DNA of 64,000 bases, taken from contig DBQE01000021.1 of the NCBI GenBank assembly GCA_002305085.1, positions 68,831 through 132,830 on the forward strand, given 5' to 3'. Shown one piece after another: positions 20,246 to 29,314 of the stretch. The notes beneath the pieces were generated by a model, which saw only the letters and a program-made list of their open reading frames with translations, did not search any database and was not told where the DNA came from. The stretch is from Bacteroidales bacterium UBA1402. Its GTDB lineage: Bacteria > Bacteroidota > Bacteroidia > Bacteroidales > UBA1402. The position numbers and the translations under genes were made by a program. Numbering within the stretch: the stretch's first letter is position 1; every line of letters starts with the position of its first letter.

Positions 20246-20467
20246 GATTATAATTTTCCTGCAAATATACATAGATTTAATATTATATTTACACAACAAG
20301 AAGAAATGTTGTCCGGAAGGTCTCACCTGTGGAGGCCAATTACTGTCTTCTTACCGGACTGAACAGCGGCAACAAAAAGATGATTCCCACAGTAGCAGGC
20401 CCTATTAGCATTTTATCGAGCATGAAAAACTCAGCCGTTTTTTATAAAGGAAAATGAATATAATGCT

Positions 20468-20475
20468 TATTTTTG
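20468..20475 (+). promoter_or_regulatory. Candidate -7 promoter box (TATTTTTG) for the GH3-HTCS unit
   Basis: TAnnTTTG match 38 nt upstream of the ATG at 20513. Confidence 0.4.
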
Positions 20476-20512
20476 TGCAAGTTTGTTTAATACACATTGA
20501 ATTAATATCGCC

Positions 20513-22663
20513 ATGAAAAAATTACCTCTGTTTATTTTTGTTCTCTTTACTTGCTCTGTTTTCAATTTATTAGCCCAACTCCCGTACACCAATCCTGCCT
20601 TGTCGCACGAGGCTCGTGCCCAAGACCTTCTCGGCCGGCTCACTTTGGAAGAAAAAGTGGCCCTCATGCAAGACCAATCGCCGGCGGTGCCCAGATTGGG
20701 TGTGCCCGAGTTCGGTTGGTGGAACGAAGCCTTGCATGGGGTGGCACGAAGCGGTTATGCCACCGTTTTTCCCCAAGCCATAGGCATGGCTGCTACTTTT
20801 GACGAAGACGCCGTCTTTAGGACCTTTACCGCCGTCAGCGATGAGGCCAGGGCTAAAGCCACCCACAGCAAGCAGGTGGAAGGCCGGCGGGGAAAGTACA
20901 AAAACCTGACCTTTTGGACGCCCAACATCAATATTTTCAGAGATCCTCGCTGGGGACGGGGCCAGGAAACCTATGGCGAAGATCCCTATCTGACCACCCG
21001 ACTCGGCGTAGCCGTAGTGAAAGGTCTGCAAGGGCCTGACGACAGTCATTACGCCAAGGCTATGGCCTGCGCCAAACACTACGCCGTGCACAGCGGTCCC
21101 GAATGGAACCGGCACAGCTTCGACGCCAAAAACATTCGCCCCGAGGACCTGTGGGAAACCTATCTGCCTGCTTTCAAAGCCTTGGTGCAAGAGGCCAACG
21201 TCAAACAAATAATGTGCGCATACAACCGCTACGAGGGAGATCCTTGTTGCGCAAGCAACAGCTTGTTGGTGGACATCCTCAGAGAGGGCTGGAATTACCG
21301 GCACGTGGTGGTAAGCGATTGTGGTGCCATCAATGATTTCTACAACAGGGGCAGGCACGAAACCCATCCCGATTCGGCAACAGCCTCCGGCGCTGCCGTC
21401 CGGGCAGGCACAGACCTGGAATGTGGACGCAGCTACAGGTCTTTAGTTGGAGCCGTTAACAAAGGGCTGATTGCCGAGTCCGAACTTGATGTCAGCCTGA
21501 AACGTCTGCTCAAGGCCAGGTTTGAACTAGGCGATTTCGATCCGGATAGCATAGTGCCCTGGACGCGCATCCCCATGAGCGTCGTCAACTGCGAAGCCCA
21601 TCAACAACTGGCTTTGGAAATGGCCAAAAAATCCCTGGTGCTGCTTAAAAACGACAAGAACACTCTTCCTTTGCCCAAAAAAGCCGGCGGGATTCTGGTG
21701 ATGGGGCCCAACGCCGATAACGAAAGCATGCAATGGGGCAATTACAACGGCACGCCCTACCACACCATCACCATATTGCAAGGTTTGGAAGCCGCCCTTG
21801 GTGCATCCCTGCCCTGCGTGCGGACACCCCACGTCGTAACCGAAGACAAAGTGCAGTTCACCGTCGATTCCCTGATGAAAGACCTGCCTGCTTGTGATAA
21901 GGTGCTCTTTGTAGGAGGCATCTCACCGGCACTCGAAGGGGAACAAATGCGGGTTAGTCTGCCCGGATTCAGGGGCGGTGATCGCACTACCATCGAACTG
22001 CCGGCTGTTCAACGGGCTCTGGTCAAGGCACTGGCAGAGGCAGGCAAACAAATCGTATTCATAAATTGCTCGGGGTCAGCCGTGGGGCTCTCGGAAGAAG
22101 CCAAGATTTGCGACGCCATCCTGCAAGCCTGGTATCCGGGCGAAAAGGGGGGACAAGCCGTCGCTGAGGTGTTGTTTGGAGACTACAATCCGTCAGGCCG
22201 TTTACCTGTTACGTTCTATGCCGGCGACCATCAGTTACCCGATTTCGAGGATTACAGCATGGAAGGAAGAACGTATCGCTTTCTGGAAGAAAAACCCCTT
22301 TACCCCTTCGGTCACGGATTGAGTTACACCAGCTTCGCCTACAGCAAGCCCAAAATCAAAAAGGGGACAAAAACCTTGTCCGTAACAGTGACCAATACAG
22401 GGAAACGCAGTGGTGAAGAAGTAATACAACTTTACGTGCAACGCACCGCTCCCCAAGCGAGAGGCAAAGCCCTCAGAGGCTTCCGGCGCATCAATCTCGG
22501 ACCGGGCGAAAGCAAGGAAGTTAGCTTTTCTTTAAGTGGAGGCACCCTGGACTTTTACGACTCTAACCAAGCCATAGTGACCACCTTGCCCGGCACTTAT
22601 CTGTTGGAAGTAGGAGGCAGTTCAGATCCTGCAGCCTGCGTACGGACCAGTTATACACTTTGA
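20513..22663 (+). CDS. Glycoside hydrolase family 3 (beta-glucosidase/beta-xylosidase, BglX-like)
   Basis: Signal peptide. ...LTLEEKVALMQDQSPAVPRLGVPEFGWWNEALHGVAR... and ...GYRHVVVSDCGAI... (nucleophile Asp region). C-terminal Fn3-like domain. 716 aa. Confidence 0.9.
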   Translation: MKKLPLFIFVLFTCSVFNLLAQLPYTNPALSHEARAQDLLGRLTLEEKVALMQDQSPAVPRLGVPEFGWWNEALHGVARSGYATVFPQAIGMAATFDEDAVFRTFTAVSDEARAKATHSKQVEGRRGKYKNLTFWTPNINIFRDPRWGRGQETYGEDPYLTTRLGVAVVKGLQGPDDSHYAKAMACAKHYAVHSGPEWNRHSFDAKNIRPEDLWETYLPAFKALVQEANVKQIMCAYNRYEGDPCCASNSLLVDILREGWNYRHVVVSDCGAINDFYNRGRHETHPDSATASGAAVRAGTDLECGRSYRSLVGAVNKGLIAESELDVSLKRLLKARFELGDFDPDSIVPWTRIPMSVVNCEAHQQLALEMAKKSLVLLKNDKNTLPLPKKAGGILVMGPNADNESMQWGNYNGTPYHTITILQGLEAALGASLPCVRTPHVVTEDKVQFTVDSLMKDLPACDKVLFVGGISPALEGEQMRVSLPGFRGGDRTTIELPAVQRALVKALAEAGKQIVFINCSGSAVGLSEEAKICDAILQAWYPGEKGGQAVAEVLFGDYNPSGRLPVTFYAGDHQLPDFEDYSMEGRTYRFLEEKPLYPFGHGLSYTSFAYSKPKIKKGTKTLSVTVTNTGKRSGEEVIQLYVQRTAPQARGKALRGFRRINLGPGESKEVSFSLSGGTLDFYDSNQAIVTTLPGTYLLEVGGSSDPAACVRTSYTL

Positions 22664-22682
22664 GTCTAAAGTTGAGAGCTTG

Positions 22683-25600
22683 ATGAAACTATACCTGAGC
22701 ATCCTGTTTTTCTTGTTTTCGGCCGCAATGCTGTTTGCCGGGCCCTCCTGCGATCTTAAATATTACACAGGGGCCGACGGCTTCAGGAACAGTTCCGCCA
22801 TTGACATACTACAGGCCAAAAACGGTTTAATTTGGATCAGCACCCGGAACGGGCTCACCTTGTTCGACGGCTATAGTTTCAGAAATTACAAATCTTATCC
22901 CGGCGACGGCTGTGCCATGGATAACAGCCGGATTAACCTGATCAGGGAAAATACTTCGGGAGACATCTGGTGCCTGAGCCAGGACGGAAGACCCTATTTA
23001 TTCGATGTTTCCAGCCGGACATTTATGGATATTTTCAGGCATATCCAGCCCGAAATAAGCCATCCCAACATTGCTGCCAAATTCTATGTGCTGGAAAAGG
23101 GCGTCACTTGGGTTGTTTGCCGCGATCGTTATGCTTTCAGGGTAGAGGACGGCAACTGTAAAAGCGGAAAAGGGATAGTCTTTTACGGACCGGATAAAGG
23201 CATTAGGGGAGAAAACATTCATTGGATTGCCCAGGACAGAGAGGGGGACGAATGGGTTCTTACCAACCGGGGTGTGAGCGTTATCGGTAAAAAAACACTG
23301 ACCAGCCACGTGGAATTTCACTATTTCCTCGAAAAGGGCGATTACATCTGGCTGGCATCCAACGACGGGAAACTGGCGAGATATTCTTTCGAGCAGGATA
23401 GTCTGGAATTCATCAATCTTCCGAGTTCAACCACATCCTTTCATTTTATGGGAGCGATGAAGGGAGATACCATCGCGCTGGGTACAAACAAAGGACTGCT
23501 CTTAATCAACTCATGCGACAAAACACACAAGCATATACCGGTTGATTTGATTCCGGCCGGAAATGCCGGTATCTCATTTGTTTATCAGGATGCTTATAAC
23601 GATTATTGGCTGTTTGCCGAAAACGGGGTTTACCGTTACGAACAGGTTACATCGGAAATTCGTTTTTTTCAATCGCCCGATGTATATCTTCAACACGAGT
23701 ACCCAAACAAGAGCTTTGCTTACGAAGACCCCTACGGGCATTTGTGGCTGATTCCGGGGAATGGTAATTTCTGTTATTTCGACCGAGAACAGCAAGAATT
23801 ACGCTACCATTACTCGGAACCGGGGAATGCTTCTAGTCTGATTTCTCCTTCCATCAGGCATTTTTTGTTCGACCGGCAAGGAAATATCTGGATTGGGACC
23901 AACAACACTTTTGGCAAGCTTTCCTTTTATGAAAGCACCTACCGGGTAATCCCGGCTGAAAGCGATGAATTTGAAGTTCGCGCTTTATTCAAAGACAGTC
24001 GAGAAGTCCTGTGGGTAGCCTCTAAACATCATAAATTAAAGCTATTGGACGAGAATTATGCTAAAATTGACTATCGCCTTTACGATGCCAACACCCATAG
24101 AGAACTCCGGATTGACTTTAATATCTATTCCATATACGAAGATAAGGCGGGTAACATCTGGCTGGGGTCCAGATCAAGAGGTTTGTACCTCCTGAAAAGG
24201 GATGAGCAAAACCCGTATGCTTTTGCCGTGCAACATTTTATCCATGATCCCGCAGACAGCATGAGCTTAAGCGACAACAGCATCTACTCGATATTTCAGG
24301 ACAGTCGCAAACGAATATGGCTGGGCACCTACGGAGGCGGGCTTAATTTGATCCGGGAAGACGCATCGGGAAAAATCAATTTCATTCACAGCGGGAACAG
24401 TTTAAAAAACTATCCCGAAGTGTACGCTCAGATAGTACGTTATATTACCGAAGTAGACAACACCCTGCTTGTGGGCAGTATGCACGGTTTATTCAGTTTC
24501 TCCTCAGCATTTGAATCGCCCGAAGAGATTCGCTTTTCCCGAAGCGTACGCAATGAATACGTAGCCGGCTCCCTGAGCAATAACGACGTAATGTACATTT
24601 ATTCCGATTCCGGAAATCAAGTTTATATACTGACACAAAACGGCGGAGTGAATAAATTGGTCTCCGGCAATCTACTCTCCGACAACATGGTATTCGAAGT
24701 AATCGGCGAACGGGAAGGATTAGCCTCCGATTTGACCCTCTCCATGACCGAAGACCCATCGGGCAAGCTTTGGATTGCCTCCAAACAGGATTTATCGAGA
24801 TACAATCCCTCCGGCGGTTTGATCAACAATTTCGGCAGCTATTATTTTAAACAGGATTTTGTTTTTTCTGAATCCAAAGTCATCAACACCTCCAAAGGCA
24901 GTATTCTTTTCGGAACCAACAAAGGGATACTGGAAATTAATCCCTCCACTATGTCCGGAAGCAATTATGTGCCTCCTCTGGTTTTTACCGAAATAAAACT
25001 CAATAATCAAGCCGCCTCTGTTCCAATTGATCAACTGAAAGACATTGATCTGAAACCTGATCAACGAAACTTTTCCATACAATTTTCTGCTTTAGACTTC
25101 AACAATTCAAAAGAGATCAGGTATGCCTATATACTCGAAGGCCTCGAAAAAGAATGGCATTATGTGAACGACAACCGCTCGGCCGAATACATCAAGATTC
25201 CCAAAGGACGCTATCAATTCGTGGTGAAATCGACCAACAGCGACGGGGTGTGGGTAAACAATGAACGAAAGTTGGATATTACCGTTTTGCCCACTTTTTG
25301 GGAAACTCCCTGGGCCTGGCTCCTTTATATTTTCTTCTTTATACTGTTGGTGAGCAGCATTGTATATGTCTTGTTTATTATTTACCGCCTGCGACACGAA
25401 GTGACCGCCGAACAGCAATTGTCCGAAATAAAATTGCGCTTCTTCACGGATATTTCTCACGAACTCAGAACTCCGCTCACCCTGATTTCCAGCCCTGTAA
25501 CGGATGTTCTTGAACACGAAAAATTATCGGAGACTGCCAGAGAAAATTTAACCATAGCTCAGCACAACAGCAAACGTCTTTTGCATTTGGTGAATCAAAT

Positions 25601-26993
25601 TCTCGATTTCAGGAAGATTCAGGCCAATAAGATGAAACTGATGGTAGAGGAGACCGAAATCTGCGGTTTTATTTCTCTGATAATGGAGAATTTCCAATTC
25701 AAGGCCAAGGAAAAAGAAATCAATTATTTGTTCGACTCCAACGAGGATAAAATCTATTTATGGATAGACAAAGACAAATTTGAAAAAATAATCTTCAACC
25801 TGCTCTCCAATGCTTTTAAATATACTCCTCCCGGAAAATCGATACGCGTAGAACTGAACAAGACAGAAAAAAACGTAGAAATCGCTGTCCGCGACGAGGG
25901 TGTAGGAATTTCTGCCGCCAAAATTTCTTCGCTTTTTCAGCGATTCGAAACCCTGTTTAGCCAAAATACACTATTGCCCTCATCGGGCATAGGTTTGTCT
26001 TTGGTAAAGGAACTGGTCGAATTGCATAACGCAAAAATCGAAGTTCTCAGCGAAGTAGGGAAAGGCAGCAGCTTCAGGTTGTTTTTTCCCTTGGGAAGCG
26101 AACATTTTGCAAATAATCCTCAGGTGGAATTTCTTTTATCCGATCGACAATCGGATGTGAACTTACCGTCCGAAGAACAAAGCCAAACAGGGCAAGAAGA
26201 CGATGTGCAGGATAGGCAATCCATATTGATTGTTGAAGACAATCCCGAATTAATCAGCTTTTTGCACAATATTCTATCGAGAGATTACACGGTGCTGCAG
26301 GCCACTAACGGGCTGGAAGGGTGGAATAAAACGCAGGAAATGCTCCCGGACATAATTATCAGTGATGTGGTAATGCCTGTAATGGATGGGCTGGATATGG
26401 TAAAGAAAATAAAAGAGAACAACAATACCTGCCACATTCCCATCATACTATTATCCTCAAAAGCCTCCCTGGACGACAGAATCAAAGCCCTCGAGAGAGG
26501 CATCGACGATTATATCACTAAGCCATTCAGCGCCAGCCACCTTATAACTCGCGTACAGACTTTGCTTGAACAACGCAAGTTTTTACAAGACTATTACCTG
26601 AACAAATTCAGCAAAAATCGAACAAGCGATGCGGATTTAAGTTCTGAGTCTCCCGCTATTGCCTCCTACGATGAACAATTTATGAAACAGGTCATCGATT
26701 ATATTGAGCAAAACATCGATAATGTTTTGTTGGTGGTGGAAGATCTTGCTAAGGAATTTCCCATGAGCCGGTCTGTTTTTTACAAAAAAATCAAAAGCTT
26801 GTTTGGGCTTTCACCTGTGGATTTAATTCGTACTATCCGTATTAAAAGGGCTGTACAATTAATAGACTCCTCTACTCATTCATTTACTGAAATAGCCTAT
26901 ATGTGCGGCTTCAACGATCTCAGCTATTTTGGAAAATGCTTCAAGAAACAAATGGGGCTTTCACCCTCGGAGTATAGGTTAAAAAACAAATAG
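22683..26993 (+). CDS. Hybrid two-component system sensor kinase/response regulator with AraC-type HTH output (HTCS)
   Basis: Periplasmic region of about 750 aa with repeated regulator-propeller motifs (IWIGT, LWVAS, IWLGS, IWLGTYGGGLN). TM helix WAWLLYIFFFILLVSSIVYVLFIIY. H-box FFTDISHELRTPLTLI. HATPase GIGLSLVKELVELHN. Receiver ILIVEDNPEL...IIISDVVMPVMDG. C-terminal AraC HTH ...IAYMCGFNDLSYFGKCFKKQMGLSPSEYR. Starts 19 bp after GH3. Confidence 0.9.
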   Translation: MKLYLSILFFLFSAAMLFAGPSCDLKYYTGADGFRNSSAIDILQAKNGLIWISTRNGLTLFDGYSFRNYKSYPGDGCAMDNSRINLIRENTSGDIWCLSQDGRPYLFDVSSRTFMDIFRHIQPEISHPNIAAKFYVLEKGVTWVVCRDRYAFRVEDGNCKSGKGIVFYGPDKGIRGENIHWIAQDREGDEWVLTNRGVSVIGKKTLTSHVEFHYFLEKGDYIWLASNDGKLARYSFEQDSLEFINLPSSTTSFHFMGAMKGDTIALGTNKGLLLINSCDKTHKHIPVDLIPAGNAGISFVYQDAYNDYWLFAENGVYRYEQVTSEIRFFQSPDVYLQHEYPNKSFAYEDPYGHLWLIPGNGNFCYFDREQQELRYHYSEPGNASSLISPSIRHFLFDRQGNIWIGTNNTFGKLSFYESTYRVIPAESDEFEVRALFKDSREVLWVASKHHKLKLLDENYAKIDYRLYDANTHRELRIDFNIYSIYEDKAGNIWLGSRSRGLYLLKRDEQNPYAFAVQHFIHDPADSMSLSDNSIYSIFQDSRKRIWLGTYGGGLNLIREDASGKINFIHSGNSLKNYPEVYAQIVRYITEVDNTLLVGSMHGLFSFSSAFESPEEIRFSRSVRNEYVAGSLSNNDVMYIYSDSGNQVYILTQNGGVNKLVSGNLLSDNMVFEVIGEREGLASDLTLSMTEDPSGKLWIASKQDLSRYNPSGGLINNFGSYYFKQDFVFSESKVINTSKGSILFGTNKGILEINPSTMSGSNYVPPLVFTEIKLNNQAASVPIDQLKDIDLKPDQRNFSIQFSALDFNNSKEIRYAYILEGLEKEWHYVNDNRSAEYIKIPKGRYQFVVKSTNSDGVWVNNERKLDITVLPTFWETPWAWLLYIFFFILLVSSIVYVLFIIYRLRHEVTAEQQLSEIKLRFFTDISHELRTPLTLISSPVTDVLEHEKLSETARENLTIAQHNSKRLLHLVNQILDFRKIQANKMKLMVEETEICGFISLIMENFQFKAKEKEINYLFDSNEDKIYLWIDKDKFEKIIFNLLSNAFKYTPPGKSIRVELNKTEKNVEIAVRDEGVGISAAKISSLFQRFETLFSQNTLLPSSGIGLSLVKELVELHNAKIEVLSEVGKGSSFRLFFPLGSEHFANNPQVEFLLSDRQSDVNLPSEEQSQTGQEDDVQDRQSILIVEDNPELISFLHNILSRDYTVLQATNGLEGWNKTQEMLPDIIISDVVMPVMDGLDMVKKIKENNNTCHIPIILLSSKASLDDRIKALERGIDDYITKPFSASHLITRVQTLLEQRKFLQDYYLNKFSKNRTSDADLSSESPAIASYDEQFMKQVIDYIEQNIDNVLLVVEDLAKEFPMSRSVFYKKIKSLFGLSPVDLIRTIRIKRAVQLIDSSTHSFTEIAYMCGFNDLSYFGKCFKKQMGLSPSEYRLKNK

Positions 26994-27024
26994 TTCCAAT
27001 CTGGAAACAATTTTTCCTAATTCG

Positions 27025-27040
27025 GCCAATAACTATTGGC
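27025..27040. promoter_or_regulatory. Inverted repeat GCCAATA-AC-TATTGGC upstream of the first pectate lyase gene
   Basis: 7-bp arms with a 2-nt spacer (too short a loop for a hairpin), 47 nt upstream of the ATG at 27087 and adjacent to a near-consensus -7 box TAAACTTG (27041-27048). Confidence 0.3.
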
Positions 27041-27086
27041 TAAACTTGCAAGTTGAATGTTATTTCGTTTTTTATTGAATTTTGTT

Positions 27087-29255
27087 ATGAAATTTTATCG
27101 TACCCTTACACTTATCAGCGGTTTATTTTTTATTACAACCGGCCTTTTCGCCAACAACGGTTTGATTGGCTGGGCCACCTGCAACACCTTAGGCCAAAAC
27201 GGTACCACCGGCGGTGGTAGAGGACAGATTGTGCGGGTAAACACCAAAGCAGCCCTCGAGCAATACGCAAAAGCCTCGGGCGATTATATTATTTTGGTCG
27301 AAGGATCCTTCACCGGTACCGGTGTACTCCAGGTAAGCAGCAATAAAACCATCGTCGGTACGGGCAATGGGGCCACCTTTGACGGATTCGGCATTGATGT
27401 AAAAGACAAACAAAACATCATTCTCCGCAATCTTACGATCAAAAATGCAAAACCCGACGCCATTGCCATGCGCAATACGCACCACGTCTGGGTAGATCAT
27501 TGCGATCTATCCAATTCCGACGATGGCTTGTTTGATTTCACCATCGGCTCAGATTACCTGACCGTTTCCTGGACTTTGTTTCACGACCACGACAAAGTGG
27601 CTCTGGCAAATTCCGGCACCCAGCATTTCGAAGACGTCGGCAAGAATAAAGTATGTTATCACCACAACTGGTTCAACAATACTGTTCAGAGAAATCCCCG
27701 CATAGGCTACGGCATGGGGCATGTATTCAACAATTATTATTCCAACGTAAGTTCCTATTGCGTGGGTTATCATACCGGTGCCAGCGTATTGATAGAAAAC
27801 AACTATTTTTATAAAAGTAAATCGCCCCTGAATCAAATGTATACGAGCGTCTCTACGGCTGCTAACTATGCCGATGCCGAGGAGAGAGGCAATATCTTCG
27901 ATTCTACTTCGGGCAACAAAAAAGGCACAGGAAAATCCTTTGATCCCGCACAATACTACAACTATGCCTTTATGCTGGACGATGCCGCCGACGTGCCTGC
28001 TATTGTACAAAGTAAAGCCGGGAACGTCTATGGCATCGAGTATGAATACCTTCCCTCCCCGGCAAACGGAGCCATAGATGTAAGGAACATAGGTGAATTA
28101 TGGTGGTCAGGTATTGAAAATGTTCAATCCTGGGAAGTTTACTTTGGAACGGATCCTGACTCGATGGTTAAGACTTCGATGACCGGACGCTCTTTTCGTC
28201 CGGAGGAGTTGCTGCCCGATACGGAATATTTCTGGAAAGTGAACGCCATCAAGGCCGACACCACAATCGAAGGAAGTTTATGGAGATTCCATACAGCACC
28301 CGCCAAGGCATCCAAACCCTATCCGGCCAACGGAGAACTTCATGCCAAACTTCGCCAGGCCAATACGGAAACAACCACCATTCCGACGGTTTTGAGCTGG
28401 ATTCCCGCCTTTGAGGCAATATCGTACAAAGTTTATCTTGATACCACTCCCGACTTTTCCGACTCGTCCTATCAGGCAAGTCCGGCCACTGCTTCCATTG
28501 CTCCCGGACAACTCAGGTTTGGCGTCAAATATTATTGGCGTGTGGATGCGGTAATCAACAACAACACTATTATCGAAGGCGACACCTGGGACTTTATTTC
28601 CGATGTATATTATTCTCAGGAAGGCATCACCGAGTGTGAGCATATGGTATTGAACGGCAGGGCTTTCAAAGAAGAACAATCGGGGGTTTGGTTCAAAGCC
28701 TCCAACAATTGGGTGGTGAGTGGAGAAGCCGGGCCGGGCACTATGAGCAGTGTTTGGGGTGGACCGGACGCTATCTGTAAGGTTTCCATCGATTATTTCG
28801 ACGAGAGTGACGGCAACGGCTGGTACGGTTTTTACGTGAACGACACATATGTAAGGGGATGGGCCGCCTCAAGAAACAACGACCAAATGGTAACAGTTAA
28901 CATAGAAAACGTACGCATTCTCAGAGAGAATGAACTGAGAATTGCCTTTTATACCCATACCGGAGAACTCTGCCGTACCGACAAGATGAATATCCTAATC
29001 ACCGAAAATCTGGAAGAGCCACAGCAGTTGCAGCCCGTCGTGAGCACGCCTTACCCTCCGAATCAGGAAATGAGTATGAACATTTATACGGTTTCGGGCT
29101 TGTTGCTTAAAACCATTACCGTGCGGTCCGACGCCAATGGCAGGCTCTCCGATCAACATTGGATAGAATTGCCCTTGCCTTCGGGTCTCTATTTCTATAC
29201 CGTTCAGGGGGAAAATATCCCCACGAGAGGAGCACAACGATTTTTTAAACCCTAA
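27087..29255 (+). CDS. Pectate lyase, PL1 (PelC-like), with two Ig-like modules, a beta-sandwich module and a T9SS C-terminal domain
   Basis: The ATG at 27087 gives the signal peptide MKFYRTLTLISGLFFITTGLFA. ...GQNGTTGGGRGQIVRV..., ...HHVWVDHCDLSNSDDGLFDF..., ...VQRNPRIGYGMGHVFNNYY are PL1 motifs. Two ~90-aa modules end in FWKVNA...GSLWRF and YYWRVDA...GDTWDF. Confidence 0.85.
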   Translation: MKFYRTLTLISGLFFITTGLFANNGLIGWATCNTLGQNGTTGGGRGQIVRVNTKAALEQYAKASGDYIILVEGSFTGTGVLQVSSNKTIVGTGNGATFDGFGIDVKDKQNIILRNLTIKNAKPDAIAMRNTHHVWVDHCDLSNSDDGLFDFTIGSDYLTVSWTLFHDHDKVALANSGTQHFEDVGKNKVCYHHNWFNNTVQRNPRIGYGMGHVFNNYYSNVSSYCVGYHTGASVLIENNYFYKSKSPLNQMYTSVSTAANYADAEERGNIFDSTSGNKKGTGKSFDPAQYYNYAFMLDDAADVPAIVQSKAGNVYGIEYEYLPSPANGAIDVRNIGELWWSGIENVQSWEVYFGTDPDSMVKTSMTGRSFRPEELLPDTEYFWKVNAIKADTTIEGSLWRFHTAPAKASKPYPANGELHAKLRQANTETTTIPTVLSWIPAFEAISYKVYLDTTPDFSDSSYQASPATASIAPGQLRFGVKYYWRVDAVINNNTIIEGDTWDFISDVYYSQEGITECEHMVLNGRAFKEEQSGVWFKASNNWVVSGEAGPGTMSSVWGGPDAICKVSIDYFDESDGNGWYGFYVNDTYVRGWAASRNNDQMVTVNIENVRILRENELRIAFYTHTGELCRTDKMNILITENLEEPQQLQPVVSTPYPPNQEMSMNIYTVSGLLLKTITVRSDANGRLSDQHWIELPLPSGLYFYTVQGENIPTRGAQRFFKP
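29076..29252 (+). other. T9SS (Por) C-terminal sorting domain of the PL1 enzyme
   Basis: The last ~59 aa are MNIYTVSGLLLKTITVRSD...PSGLYFYTVQGENIPTRGAQRFFKP. Length, beta-strand pattern and the G-x-Y-hydrophobic motif near the end fit type A CTDs. Confidence 0.6.
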
Positions 29256-29314
29256 CAGGTATCCGCATCAATCCCGGCCTTAAATCTATATCATACCCTT
29301 TTAATCCGGTCAAA

